DNA of 64,000 bases, taken from Octopus vulgaris. Its lineage: Eukaryota. Below are positions 1 through 61,972 of this stretch, in pieces. The notes below the pieces were generated by a model, which saw only the letters and a list, made by a program, of their open reading frames with translations, had not been told where the DNA came from and searched no databases. The position numbers and the translations under genes were made by a program. The stretch is taken from assembly GCA_951406725.2 (NCBI GenBank), contig OX597820.1:96968001-97032000 (forward strand), given 5' to 3'. Numbering within the stretch: position 1 is the first letter of the stretch; every line of letters begins with the position of its first letter.

Positions 1-2701
1 TTTCTTTTCAAATACTTTTGTCAGTTTATATAATTAATTAACAAATTTCTTGGCACACAAGCTTGATGTAGATGGTGATACTGCACATTTTTGACATAAC
101 TCTGAAGAAAAAGTTCATTTATATATACGCACACACATAAACATCGCATGTGTAGTTGTCATTCCAGTAAAGAGGCTGCTGTTATACACATTCACACATG
201 CTTGTTCACCATTTACATGCACATAGATATATATAATAAAAATAAACAGAACAATGTAGGGATCTTTTCCCAATGTAGTACAGTTGCTGAGCTATTGACA
301 ACATGGTTATGAGTTCACGTCTTACTACAGATCTTGTGGCCTTCAAACTAAAGACAGAACTTTGCTGCCCTCAATGGTAAGCAGTATCCTGTAGTAAAAA
401 TTAAACCATAGCTGCTACACTAAAGATCATCTCACCTCTGCTAGCATTAGAAAATGTAAGGAGAATAATAAATAACAACCAATGTTTCGCTTACTCGAGT
501 TTCTGCTTTAAGTAAACTGCTACACCCTCTTTAGGGTATAACATTAGCTAAAACTTACTTAGATGATCCGAATTTTTTTCCCTGTTGTATGTATTTTATT
601 TATTTTGGTGGGGCCACTGAGTTTTAAAACGATCCGTTTCCATACATCAACGATATTTTTGGTAATGATTATAGTTTTGTATTTAGTCTTTGTACAATGT
701 AATCTTTAACTATGACTAGGTATTGGCTTTCTTGTTTAAAAAAAAAAAATCTGTTGCCAGTAAACAGAAAATGTGAATACCCTTCTACATCCACTTTGCA
801 AACCTTGCGTAAAGGCAAGCATCTTCAACTCCTTCCACACGTCCCACTTAAATTCCCTGTTGTTGGTTTTGGTAAATAGCTGTTTTTATTTATTTATTTA
901 TTTTTGACATAGTTTTCTTTCGTTTGTTACTGTGTGTGCAAGCTGTGGAGGAGATTGCTATTTCCATTTTGAAATGAAAATTGCTTTAAGGCTTTGAATT
1001 GAACTATCTGCGAAAAAACCCTTTAACGGCATTTGCAGTAACACAGATGTTCATTAACATCAAAGTATATTCTTTTTTCACTCTAAGCACAAGGCCCGAA
1101 ATTTTGGGGGAGGAGGGACAGTCGATTAGATCGACTCCAGTACACCAACTAGCACTTAATCTATCAACCCCGAAAGGATAAAAGGCAAAGTCAACCTTGG
1201 CGGAATGAACTGTATATTGCAAATTCTGCATGCCTGGTCTTGTTCAGCGGCCTTGCAAATTTCCCCAACTAAATTCAATTTTAGCCTGGTTACAGAACTT
1301 ACCTCCCTTTAACCTTCCTATACTTACAACATCAAGGGCAGAAATAGCCTAGTTTTACGATGGCAATTCTTCAGCTCTCTTTATATTATGAACATTGCAA
1401 AGAGCATAGCCCTTCTTGTAGCTTTCAACCATCCTTCTAGAATAGATCAACAGCTTCCACATATTAACATCAGGTACTCAAGTTTAGTCTTTATACTATC
1501 TAGAATTTGGCATTTTTCCTGATTTTATGTGATATCAGTGATATCTACTTGGTTCCTACATAATATCCACAAGCATAATGTATTTGGCAGCTTTTTGAAT
1601 TTTCTACTTGCTATATTCTACAATGTTAAGATACACAATTCTATGAAACAGGAAGATATAATTTTAGAAATTTAGGTGAAAAGGCATTTTTTTTATATAG
1701 TGCAAACCATTCTTTAAAAATTAGAATTACACGTGTGGAATTTGGTAATGGGCAGTGAAAAATATGATTAACAGAAATTCTGCTAAATTTGTTATTTCCT
1801 TCTCTATAAGTACTCTGATATTTAGAAATGGTCTAAGATTGTCAAAGCCCCAAAGTGGAATGAAATATCTATAGTAGAACCCACAATGTGAACTGGTTGT
1901 CTAATACCTATACATTTACAGTACATAAACTGATTATAATTAACTGTATAATTCTTTCCCCCAAAGACTTCTGTACTGGTAGTGGGATAAGAACTTATCC
2001 ATTCAGGCATGATAAATTCTTAGGAAGTTTGTTAGTCTGTTTGATATAACACAGTGGTTTGCTTAGTCTGCTAGAAATGGTAGCTAAATGTTTCTTTTAC
2101 TCACTCTCTACAACTTCAACAAGGCAGGACATTTTGGACAGTGTTGTCCTAGATTCCTAGATATGCTGTTTGAAATATGACAGGTTGATCACAGCTGGAT
2201 TATCATTGCTCAGTTTGGACCTGTGACTAAACAATAGTATTTAGTTTGTCTTACAGCCTTTCAGTGTTAATTAATTAAGAATTAATGTATTTGTGCAATT
2301 CATATAAGTGATTATTCCCTCCTGCAGAATGTTTCTCTTTTTAGAAAGTAATATTTTTCCATCACCTTTTCATAAGGAAATGTTTAGGCAGTAGCTGAGA
2401 GGTAAATGTCTTCTTGAGAATGGTACACAGTATAAACTGTTGCCATCCCTTTCAAACAAATGGGCTTGTAAGAAATATATAAATAATAATTTTTTAAAAA
2501 TTAATATTTACCCTACCCCAACTTTTCCATCACAGAAACTGCAGTAATTTCTGGGAAATATCACTTTTTGACAGTTTAGCTCTTTAAGATCTAATATAGA
2601 TATATCTTGTGGAAACTACACGTATTAAATAAATTTTAAAACTTATTTAGTATTTGCAACTATCATTGATATCTTGGAGTGAAATGGCTTCATTGTTACT
2701 A

Positions 2702-3940
2702 TTGGGTCATCCCATAAATAATGCAATTTTTTTTTTTAATACTTCTTTTATTTTCAAAATTAAGATAAACAAAGTTCTTTTTAAATCTAAAATATACTCT
2801 CCTTCGTTTTCTACTACAATGCTCTTCCATCTATCCGGTAGATTTGCAAGGCCCCTCTTCCAAAATTCACTTGTCCATGACAAAAAACACTCCTCCAGTA
2901 CTATTCTGATCTTGTCTACAGAATTCATATTTTTTTCTGTCCAAATGATTTTGAAGACAGTGGGATAAATGATAATTAGATGGGGCAATGTCTAGTTCCA
3001 ACTGCTCCAGCCTTTGGAATGTCATCTACGCTGTGTGTGGCATTATCCTGATGGCAGAACACCTTTCGTCTTGAAACCAAAGATGGTCGTTTTTCTTCTA
3101 GTGCTGACTTAAGCTGCTCACAGTAGATCTCCTTTGTTATTGTTTGGTTTGGGTTTAAAAGTTCAAAGTGGACTGGACCTTTTGTATCCTATCAAACAGA
3201 TAACAACACCTTACATGGGGGAAGACCTTCTTTAACCTGGGATGCCAGTGTTTCTCCTTTCCCTACCCACTGTCTTCGCTGCTTGACATTTTTATAGAGA
3301 ACCCATTTCTCATCACCAGTCACTATTCAGTCAAAAAAAGGTTTGTTCATGAGATGTGACTGCAAAGAAGAGCACACATTCACTCTCTGTGTGCAATTAG
3401 ACTCGGAAAGTTTGTGAGGAACCCATTGACCCAATTTGCTGACTTTCTGATGACCTGCAGGTGTCGATGAATGGTTGAATGACGAAATCCAAGCTTTTCT
3501 GCAAATTCCTCAACAGTTACGATGGGATTTTGTTCCACCAGGGTTTGCAGGACATCCTCATTGAGCTCTAACAATTCTTCCAGGATGAGGCTTGTCTTCT
3601 AGGCTGTAGTTTCTGGCTTGGAATTTCTGGAACCACCGTTAACACTGGCTTACATTTATTGTCTGATTCTCATATATTGCATTGATATTCCTCACACTTT
3701 CTGTTGCATTGTTGCCTTTATTGAACTAATAAAGCAAAATATGCTCCTTTGTCATTTCCATTATGGCTTTAAAAAAAATAACTAATAAAATTGAACTGTA
3801 CTCTTCAAAACTTGCACTAAGAATAAAGGTAAAATTACTACATGCTTTTATAACAAGTTGATGCTGGTAGTTTATCCTGTCCCCTTTTGACTTTTAGTTC
3901 ATGTATTTGAAAAAACTGCATTATTTATGGGATGATCCAA
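2702..3940 (-). mobile_element. Full-length decayed mariner (Tc1/mariner) transposon
   Basis: TIRs ttgggtcatcccataaataatgca / tgcattatttatgggatgatccaa with TA flanks; about 1.24 kb; fragmented transposase with HTH (VEQNPIVTVEEFAEKLG..STIHRHL), LDIAPSNYHL (YSPDLAPSDY-like) and C-terminal FWKRGLANLPDRWKSIVVENEGEYI. Confidence 0.92.
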
Positions 3941-5560
3941 TATTTCTTTAACCCTTTTGTTACCATATTTTTGTTGGAATACACTATATTTTTAGAACGA
4001 ATAATTTTGTCATTATTAAGTTGGTGTTTGGAACAATTTAGGATGAAATTTTGATGGAAGATTAATTATAGATCCCTTTAAAACAGTCTCTATCATATAA
4101 CCAAGGGTGTTCTTGAGCAATTTGGTATCAAAATAAAGTAATTCATTTCTGTGAATTTCTACGAAAACTTTGTCAGTTTAATGTGGAGTTTTGAAATGGA
4201 ATGTCAAATATGTTTCTTTATCAGTTTGATCCTTTATTATCTTCTCTCTGGGGCCCTATCAAGTTGAATAATTTATTAAAACTGAAATAGCAGCTGGAAT
4301 TAGTTTCTTTTTCTAAGTCAACAAAAATTTCATTATTTTGGCATCCATTTTTCTAGGCTCGTATATATGTAATATAATATCTGTATGTCCTGGTCTTGAA
4401 TCATGTTATCTCTAAATGGAAAATATTCTCAGATTTGGCTGCCATTACGTCTCACATTTTACTAAAATGTCTTATTAGCAGATTTCCCAATTTGCTTGAT
4501 TTTATTGTATTCTTTTATATATGGTTAAATGGCATCAAACTGGCAAAATTGTTTAATACAACGGACAAAATGCTTAGCAACATTTCTTCCTGCTTTACAT
4601 TCTGAGTTCAAATTCTGCTAAAGCCAACTTTGCATTTTGTCCTTTCAGGGTCAATAAAATCAAGAACCAATTGAACACAGGGGTTAACGATATCAACTAC
4701 CCGCTCCCCTCAGAATTGCTAGCTTTGTGCCAAAAATTTGAAACCGTCGTATCTGGTTGGATGTAGTTTGTTATTTGTAACTGAGTACTTATCATATCAC
4801 CTTAAATCCAAACATAGCTACCACCACATCATACTGACTGGCTCAGTTCTTCAGGAGCTGTGTGGTTAAGTTTGCTACCCAACCATGTGGTTTCAGATTC
4901 AGTCCCATTGAGTGGCACTTTGGGCAGGTATTTTTCTCCTATAACCCCAAAACTCTACTTGCGAAGACCTGTTGAGGCAAGTGAAATCGATTAAAATCAA
5001 TGGAAATAGTAATTGTGATACCTGTGCCGGTGGCACGTAAAAAGCACCAACTACACTCACGGAGTGGTTGGCATTAGGAAGAGCATCCAGCTGTAGAAAC
5101 ACTGCCAGATCTGGCTGAACCGTCCAACCCGTGCTAGCACGGAAAACGGATGTTAAACGATGATGATGATGAATTTGTTCAAAATAACTTTTCAAATATT
5201 GGTTTCAAATTTTGGCACAAGGCAAGCAATTTGGGGGAAGGGGTAAGTTGATTATATTGACCCCAATGATCAACTGGTACTTATTTTATCAACCTCTGAA
5301 AGGCAAAGTCGACCTTGGCAGAATTTGAATCCAGTGTGTAAAAATGGATGAAATGCTGCAAAGCATTCTACCAAACATGCTAACAATTCTGCCAGCTCGC
5401 TGCCTTTAACTTTTCAAATATTATTAAAAAAAAGAACATTAAGGGATTTTCATTTTTTTTTTATGTTTTTAAAACTTTGTATGAATGTGTTTTTTAAAAA
5501 AAATTTTTTATAATTAGTCATATATTTCAGAGATACCTTATTTATTTGTCTTTATTTTAG

Positions 5561-54149
<48,589 letters not shown>

Positions 54150-54192
54150 ATGATGCCTCAGAGACCAATGTAAGCAGTGTAAAATCTCTCAG

Positions 54193-54198
54193 AATAAA
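54193..54198 (+). terminator. Candidate proximal polyadenylation signal AATAAA
   Basis: AATAAA 43 nt after the exon 19a stop, followed by T/GT-rich sequence; AT-rich background lowers specificity. Confidence 0.45.
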
Positions 54199-55699
54199 AC
54201 TAATATATTTTAGTAATTTATTAGTCTTACATATTTATAGTATTTCTTTTAGTTCATGTTTAGTGCATCTTGGTTGCAGTTTTAAATCTTGCTTTTGCTT
54301 GTTTTCTCTTTTTTTTTTTTTTAAACTTCAATATAAGCATTTCAAAAAGTAACTTATATTTAATAAACATCATTTATACTTATCTCATGTTAAAAAAAAA
54401 AATTTTTTTTAATTCTGAAAATTTCTCAGCAATTTATCTTTGTTCAAGACCCATTCTTTATGCCTTCCTTTTAAGAAGCCTTTGTTCTAAAACTTAAATT
54501 TCAAAGTCATAGAAAGTTTAGTACATCACATTTAGGTTTAGTTTGGGTTTTTTTCTTTATTTTCAGCTTTGTTCCTCTACTTATCTTTTACCTTGTTGTA
54601 TGTAAATCTTTAATATCCCTCTATTTGTTTCACATCATCAAAGATGTGTGAAATAACGGTTAGCTACAGGAAGGGTATCAAGCTGTAGAAAAATGCCTCA
54701 AGGATATAAACGTCTAACTCCTGCTAGCATGGAAAAACAGACATAAAACAAATGATTGATTTTTTCAGTCATTTATGCCATTTCCATACTGCCTTGTTAT
54801 TCCCCACTCAGATTTCTCTGCATTTCTGTAATATCTCAGTGTTTTCCAGGATATATATATCTTCTTAACTTGTTTCCTGTATCTTTTTAGAAATATTGAT
54901 TTGTTGATGATTACCACTTTAGCATTTAAACTGGCCATTTCTGACCCAAATAATCTGTTTTAGTTGAAACTAGCCAGATCTAGCACCTCACTCCTACCCT
55001 TCATTCTACAAATAAGCAATTATATCATCAAAATTTTGAAGCTATGAGATAATGTATGATAAACTCAATACAATATGAATAAATAAGCATTACATTTGAC
55101 AGGCAAATCTGATTGCTAATGGGTTAAACCTGTCCTTTCGAAGTAGTTTGAATTTGATGTTCACATTTTATGCCTCTCCTGTTGGAGATTTTTCATAGAA
55201 TAAGTATCACTTATAAGCTAGTACTTACTGTAGACTTAGTGAACTTATCACGTATCTTCTAATAAGCATTCACTATAGGGTAAAGCACTTATGCAAACAT
55301 GTAAATATATGTGCATAACTATCCAGATATATTCCTTTTCCCTTCTAGATAATAGTTGTTTGTTTAATCCTGGATCAGGCCTGATTGAACTGATCTAAAT
55401 TCAAAAACAAATGCAACCTTAACCTTTTGCTAAACATCTTACCTCAGATGCTCCCGCCATAGATTGAAAATTATTTTCATTTATAGAAACTTGTTATCTC
55501 AACTACTGTTGTTAGTAATTTATTAAGCAAGAAATAGTTCATCTTATTTCAGTACAGGAAAAAAAATACAGAATTAGTTTTTCTCCTTTTTCTCTTCTCT
55601 TATGTACCACTGAAAAAACAGATTGTTTACATCTAATTTGATTGACTTCATGCTCTTACTTGATGGAGCTAGGGTCATTCAAAGTTAGTGGTCCCAGAG

Positions 55700-55865
55700 A
55701 CATCATCATGCATAGAGCTGACCAGATCCACCAGCTCTCTCCATTGCCAGCCCCTCTGCATCTTCCAAGGTGACATCGATCCTCTGGAGATCTTCCCCAA
55801 TCATGTTCAGCCATCTGGTGCAGGGCTTGTCACAGGGCCTCTTCCACCCTGCTGCTGCTGCTGCA
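55700..55865 (-). mobile_element. RTE-like LINE 3' fragment
   Basis: Minus strand reads GWKRPCDKPCTRWLNMIGEDLQRIDVTLEDAE, resembling the WKRPRGRP.TRW.D...DL terminus of RTE ORFs. Confidence 0.6.
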
Positions 55866-56303
55866 TCAAATGACGTATACAAATCTTGTAACTACCATAC
55901 ATATCTGGATCAACAAATTGATGAACTAGTTGCTATAGTAATTGAACTGTGATCTGAGAAAAGTAATACTGAATTTGATTCTGATTGCATTCTAATTACA
56001 CATTTGCTCAGTTCTTACTTTTGCTTTCTAATCTTAAATCTCTGGCTTAAACCTATTCCTCTTCTGTAACAATATCCATAAGTTGCAATTTAACTTGAGA
56101 TCTATTAGTTTTAGCCCTGCCTTTGACAGCACTTTTGCTGTTCATTTTTTCTTTCAAGCGTATATTATACTCTCTGCTGCTGTATTGCATTCTTCTACAT
56201 GACATTCTCTCCTATGACACCTAAACCGTCTTTTAAAATTCGTTTTGAATTGAAGAGAGAAATTCTCCCTCTCTCTTGAATAGTTTTTTTAAGAATTGTT
56301 TCT

Positions 56304-56685
56304 AGGAGTGGCTGTGTAGGTGTGGTAAGTAGCTTGCGTACGAACAACATGGTTCCGGGTTCAGTCCCACTGTGTGGCACCTTGGGCAAGTGTCTTCTAC
56401 TATAGCCTTGGGCCGACCAAAGCCTTGTGAGTGGATTTGGTAGACGGAAACTGAAAGAAGCCCGTCGTATATATATATATATATATCTATATATATATCT
56501 ATGTTTGTGAGTCTGTGTTTGTCCCCCTAACATCGCTTGACAACCGATGCCGGCAAAAGAGACTGATAGAATAAGTACTAGGCTTACAAACAATAAGTCC
56601 TGGGGTTGATTTGCTCAACTAAAGGTGGTGCTCCAGCATGGCCACGGTTAAATGACTGAAACAAGTAAAGAGTAAAGAGAGTAAA
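56304..56685 (+). mobile_element. SINE family A
   Basis: Copy with an internal deletion. Confidence 0.88.
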
Positions 56686-57540
56686 TCCCTGAAGACTAGA
56701 TGTATTTTAAAAATAAAAACACATGAATAGGATTGTCTCTTTACCAAAACCATTATATCATTTAAATTGTGGTTCTATTACTGAGTCATCTGAATAGAGA
56801 GGTTTTTCTTTTATCTATTAATTCAGAGGTGCACTCTGTTCGATTCTTTTGTTTCACAAAAATCTTAGTAAAAACCACAAAGACCTACTGAAACTACATT
56901 TTATATTTTCCAATAAATCGTCTATTTTATTTGGATAGCTTGTTTCATCGCTATTGTTTATTTGCGTATATTCGTCCACCTATTCACGTTCTGAGTTCAA
57001 ATCCTGCTATGGTCGACTTTCCTTTTTATCCTTCTGAGAGTAAAATATACAATCAAATGTTCCCCTCTCTCCAAATTCCTGCTCTTATACCAATAACTAT
57101 TATTCCATCACAGCAAATACAGCATTATTATTTACTTTTATTATTGACTGTCAACTTCATTTTGGTGTTTAGTTCTTTGCATGCTTTCATTTCATTGACA
57201 TCAACTTTCATCTCTTTAGAATCACTAAAGTAAGAACTAGTATTATATTTAAGGGTTAATTACATCAATTACCCCATTTTCCAGCACACAAGACACTGTA
57301 GTACATAGTATAAATATGTAGTGTAACCATTCAAATCTCAACACTATCTTTCCAAATCCTGATGCATTTCAAATGGAATTTTTGGGCCTCCAAAGTCATC
57401 TTGGTGCTTAAGTCAACCTATGCTTTTTGGATGTAAATTTTGGTCTAAAAAATTTGACTATTCTGCTAGAAAATATAGTGTCCATCAATAAAAGTTGGCC
57501 TTGTGCCTCTTCACTATGTTTTACATGTTGGAGATACTCC

Positions 57541-57739
57541 TTAACCCTTTAGTGTTTAAATATCCTGACCCAAATATTCTACCCGTTTTATGTTCAAACT
57601 GGCAAGATCTAGCTTCTAAAACATAAACAATCACATCATTTAAGATGTTGAAGTTGTGAGATAATCCATGATTAATTCCAAATGATGTGAATAGATAAAC
57701 ATTAGATTTGACAGGGTAATCTAAGTGCTAAAAGGTTAA
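57541..57739. mobile_element. piggyBac-like MITE
   Basis: ttaaccctttta ... gctaaaaggttaa. Confidence 0.65.
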
Positions 57740-57884
57740 GATTTGTGGCAAAAATGTGAATGACATACTTAAACGTGCACAGGTATAAGTTAAAAGCATG
57801 TTTGTTTTGTATATGCATGTACTTTAATCTGGCCATCACACATAGGCAAAAATAGCTTGCTAACATGTACCATGCTTTCACTAA

Positions 57885-58383
57885 CTGTTTTTGATGCCTA
57901 TTCAAACCAAAATCAAATTTCAATGACTGGCATCCATGCTAGTGGGGTGCAAAGAGCACCGTACGAGGGTGATCGTTGACAGAGTGGCTAACCGGCTTCC
58001 GTGCCAGTGGCACATAAAAGGGCACCATCCGGGCGTGATCGTTGCCAGAGCAGCCAACTGGCTCCGTGCTGGTGGCACGTAAAAGGGCACCATTCGAGCG
58101 TGATTGTTACCAACGTCGCCTTACTGGCACCTGTGCCGGTGGCATGTGTAAAAAGATTCAAGCGAGGTCATTGCCAGTACCGCCTGACTGGCCCCATGCC
58201 GGTGGCACGTAAAAAGCATCCACTACACTCTCGGAGTAGTTGGCGTTAGGAAGGGCATCCATCTGTAGAAATTCTGCCAGATCAAGATTGGAGCCTGGTG
58301 CAGCCATCTGGTTCGCCAGCCCTCAGTCAAAATCGTCCAACCCATGTTAGCATGGAAGGCGGACGTTAAACGATGATGATGAT
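57885..58383 (+). mobile_element. Family B SINE variant with four or five internal subrepeats
   Basis: Repeated gtgccggtggcacgtaaaa units plus the shared tail. Confidence 0.85.
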
Positions 58384-58985
58384 TCAGGCATGAGCAGATA
58401 TAGATACCCTCTTGACACATCCATCCTTTGACCCAGCAGTACATTCAGAATCTGACAGCTGGAGTTGGTGAGAGCTTCACCAACACTCAACACTTGGGAA
58501 ATGTGTGCGTGTGTGTGTGATTATGTTATTGTTTCTATTGCTTTCTAACACACATGGATATATTATTGCTTCTATTTATGTATATGTCTATGTGTGTGCA
58601 CATTATGTAGGAGTTTCTGTGTATGTAGACTTTCTGCCATTAACACCTTATCTTTTTGATGTTCCCTTTGTGTGTAGAGGTTGTTGGTAGTTTCCCCGAG
58701 TCTGAGAAAGATGTTTGTGCAATTTCTTGCTAAACAACATCCGCACATGATTTGCTTATCATTACATGTTTTATGCTCAATCTCGCCATCAAATCGACAT
58801 TACTTAAACAGGTGCACTGTGTGTCAAACATCAGATGTCAGAGTGATCGCAAAGCAACATGAAATGAAGTGTTTTGCTCAAGAATACAACGCACCATGCA
58901 GTTCTGTAATCAAAATCACTATCTCACAATGATGATCTCAACACTTGGCACACACCTTAGTGTGACTGCATGTGTGTGTGTATTA

Positions 58986-59939
58986 GGAAGTTAAAAGTTA
59001 TGGCAGGTCATAGAGTGACCATTGGTTTCGCACCTACAAAACGCTTAGCACTGTAGGTGACTCGTGAGATTCGAATTACAGAAGAAGCATAACTTCTTTA
59101 GAACTAGAGGTAGAAATAAGTAACGGCCGGTCGGTTTTGTTAAACAAAAAAATAATTGTCCATACTGTGGGACAGTTATCTCCCTTACATCGGCTTCCGC
59201 TATAGTGATATTCGAAGGAGCTGTGGTGGGACTACTCAACGAATGGCGAATTCCATTCGTTGAACAGTCCCATGTCGATGTAAGGGGTATAACCGGATCT
59301 TTTCGGTTTGAACGGCAGTTTTTCCTAGCGGTGTCATATGAAATTGTCACCCATAATTATGACCCTAGTATCGATCTATTGCATTTCAATTTGTTTTAGG
59401 GTTAAAGTTAGGGGGGAAAGGTATCTTTTTTTCCTTCAGAAATGTAAATAAACCCAATCTGTTTCTTAAACGAGGGACATATTCATACGGCACATAATGT
59501 TTTCACCTCAATAGACGTCATTGATTGGTTGAAATTGAAGAATAAAAACAAATATCTTACAAACTATAGAATTTTCTCAATAAAGCCAAGAGAAAAAGAT
59601 GTTTTATAAACACATTCTACCAGTATACGAAGTTTAAAAGTGTTTAGTTACGTGGAAATTATTTTTAAAAACTGCTGTTCAAACCGGAAAGATCCGTATA
59701 ACCCCGTCTCGCAACATGGACAATTATTTTTTAGTTTACAGCACCAACTGACCATTTGCATATCTCTTCTTCCAGTTGTTGAGAGATTATGCGCCTTCCG
59801 CCATTTAAGTCTGACGAAACGCTTATACCGCTAAGCGCTAATTGATGCAAAACAAATGGTCTCTCCGTGACCCACCTATACTGCTTTATTGGTGCGAATC
59901 CAATGGTCACTCAATGACCGGGCATAACTTTTAATTTCC
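58986..59939. mobile_element. Foldback/long-TIR DNA element hosting the nested MITE
   Basis: Termini ggaagttaaaagttatggcaggtcatagagtgaccattggtttcgcacc / ggtgcgaatccaatggtcactcaatgaccgggcataacttttaatttcc; TA flanks; further imperfect inverted similarity inside. Confidence 0.8.
59295..59695. mobile_element. Same MITE (copy 3), nested in a foldback element
   Basis: TSD gtataacc. Confidence 0.9.
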
Positions 59940-60153
59940 TAAAAAATATATTATTGCTCTAATGTCTTGGAGTGTGCTTTTTTTCCCTACTGTGTGGCTG
60001 TGTGGTAAGAAGCTTGATTCCCAACCACATGGTTCCAGGTTCAATCCCACTGTGTGGCACCTTGGGCAAGTGTATTCTATGATAGCCCAAGGCTGACCAA
60101 AGCCTTGTGAGTAAATTTAATAGATGGAAACTGAAAGAAGCCTATCATGTGTG

Positions 60154-60186
<33 letters not shown>

Positions 60187-60190
60187 GGAA

Positions 60191-60423
60191 AAAAAGTCAA
60201 GGTAGAAAATGCTAAAATAATTTTATAAAAAACATTTTAGTACTGGTTTCGGTCATTGAGACTTTTTCAACTGTAAGTATGGAAAACAATTAAATTTTGG
60301 AAAAATTAAATGAAAAGTATTTTAAAAGAATATTTGTATTTGAATGAAAAGTTCTCAATGACCGAAACCGGTACTGAAATGTTTTTTATAAAATTATTTC
60401 AGCATTTTCTACCTTGACTTTTT
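60191..60423. repeat. Inverted repeat (about 78-bp arms)
   Basis: aaaaagtcaaggtagaaaatgct...gtttcggtcattgaga / tctcaatgaccgaaac...agcattttctaccttgacttttt. Confidence 0.92.
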
Positions 60424-60426
60424 CTC

Positions 60427-60481
<55 letters not shown>
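60423..60481. repeat. (CT)n microsatellite
   Basis: Direct reading. Confidence 0.95.
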
Positions 60482-60483
<2 letters not shown>

Positions 60484-61344
60484 CATTACTTGACAGCCGA
60501 TGTTGGTGTGTTTAAGTCCCTGTAACTTAGCTGTTCAGCAAAAGAGGCCAATAGAATAAGTTTGTCTTATTGTTTTTTAAAATAATTTTTTTTTTCTCTT
60601 CCTCTAATATTTACATGTATGCATCAAATTTTTTCCACATTAAATTCATCTTTCCTTATTTATACTGTGCCTATTATTATCATTCATCAGACAGCAAACT
60701 GTTAGAAACGGCAGCATATTGGCAAAATGCTTAGTAGTATACCTCCAGTTCTTTATGTTCTGAGTTCAAATTCTGCCATGGCCAACTTTAGTACTGGATG
60801 GGGTCAATACATTAACCTTTGTCAAATCCAGCTGATACAATGATAGCACTTATTAATTTAAACAAGCTCTGTGGCTCCTTTTTGATAGTCAGTAGCAAAC
60901 TATTAAATTAAACAGCTAGCCAAATGTTCTTTTAATGAGCTATTGCAAATGCTAACAATGTTCTCATTCAGTAAATATTCATTGGCACAGGCATGACTGT
61001 ATAATGAAGTGCTTGCTTCCCCACCACATAGTTCTGGGTTCAGTCCTTGTATGTGGTATCTTGAGCAGGTGTCTTCTACACAACAAAATCTTGTCAGTGG
61101 ATTTGGTAGATGGAAAGTGAGAGAAGCCTGTCATATACTAAGAACAGTTTGTTTCAGCTCCATGCAACTTAGTTTCATAGGCTTGTCATGGAAATTTAGC
61201 TCAGTTTATAATACAAAATATCAGGTTGCATGGAGCCAAATCAAACTGTTATTAATAGATATTATATGTAACTCCTATCAAATGTGCTGAGACATTGTTT
61301 CTTTCGTTTGTCCCCTCGTGTGTGTGTGTATTTGTGATCTATTT

Positions 61345-61717
61345 GGAGTGGCTGTGTGATAAGTAGCTTGCTTACCAACCACATTGTTCTGGGTTCAGTC
61401 CCACTGTGTGGCACCTTAGGCAAGTGTCTTCTACTATAGCTTCGGGCCGACCAAAGCCTTGTGAGTGGATTTGGTAGACGGAAACAGAAAGAAGCCTGTC
61501 GTGTGTGTATGGTTGTGTCTGTTTGTCTCCCCAACATCACTTGACAACCAATGCTGGTGTGTTTACGTCTCTGTAACTTAGTGGTTCAGCAAAAGAGATT
61601 GATAGAATAAGTACTAGGCTTACAAACAATAAGTCCTGGGGTCGATTTCTTCAACTAAAGGCAGTGCTCCAGCATGGCCACAGTCAAAAGACTGAAACAA
61701 ATAAAAGAGTAAGAGTA
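61345..61717 (+). mobile_element. SINE family A
   Basis: Full-length copy about 250 nt upstream of the distal terminal exon. Confidence 0.88.
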
Positions 61718-61972
61718 CCCACATGACAATGGGTGTTAGTTTGTTTACATCCCCTTAACTTAGCAGTTTGACAAAAGAGACCAATGGATTAAGTATCTTT
61801 CAAGGCAGTAGTCCAATGACTGAAAGATTGATAAAAACTATCTCTTATACTATAAGCTATTGTGAATGCTAACAATAATTTTGTTCAATAAATATTGAAA
61901 TGCATTTTTTTTTATCTGTTATTTGGTTTTATAATGTTTCTCTTTTTTCTTTTCTCTTTTTCCTTCCAACAG

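Larger units (their letters stand above)
59990..60561 (+). mobile_element. SINE family A interrupted by a palindromic insert
   Basis: Head at about 59990-60150; body resumes after (CT)n at about 60482. Confidence 0.75.

Noticed and set aside
303-382. Short ATG-initiated frame ending at a good donor-like atg|gtaagc, as GFAT exon 1
   Set aside because: It does not encode M-C-G. Splicing to exon 2 puts both ATG frames out of register, and the in-register frame has an upstream TAA. At most a non-coding exon.
54150-61972. A second full GFAT paralogue or duplicate of exon 18 preceding exon 19b
   Set aside because: I found no other GFAT-like exon between the two terminal exons, so 19b is better explained as an alternative exon of the same gene.
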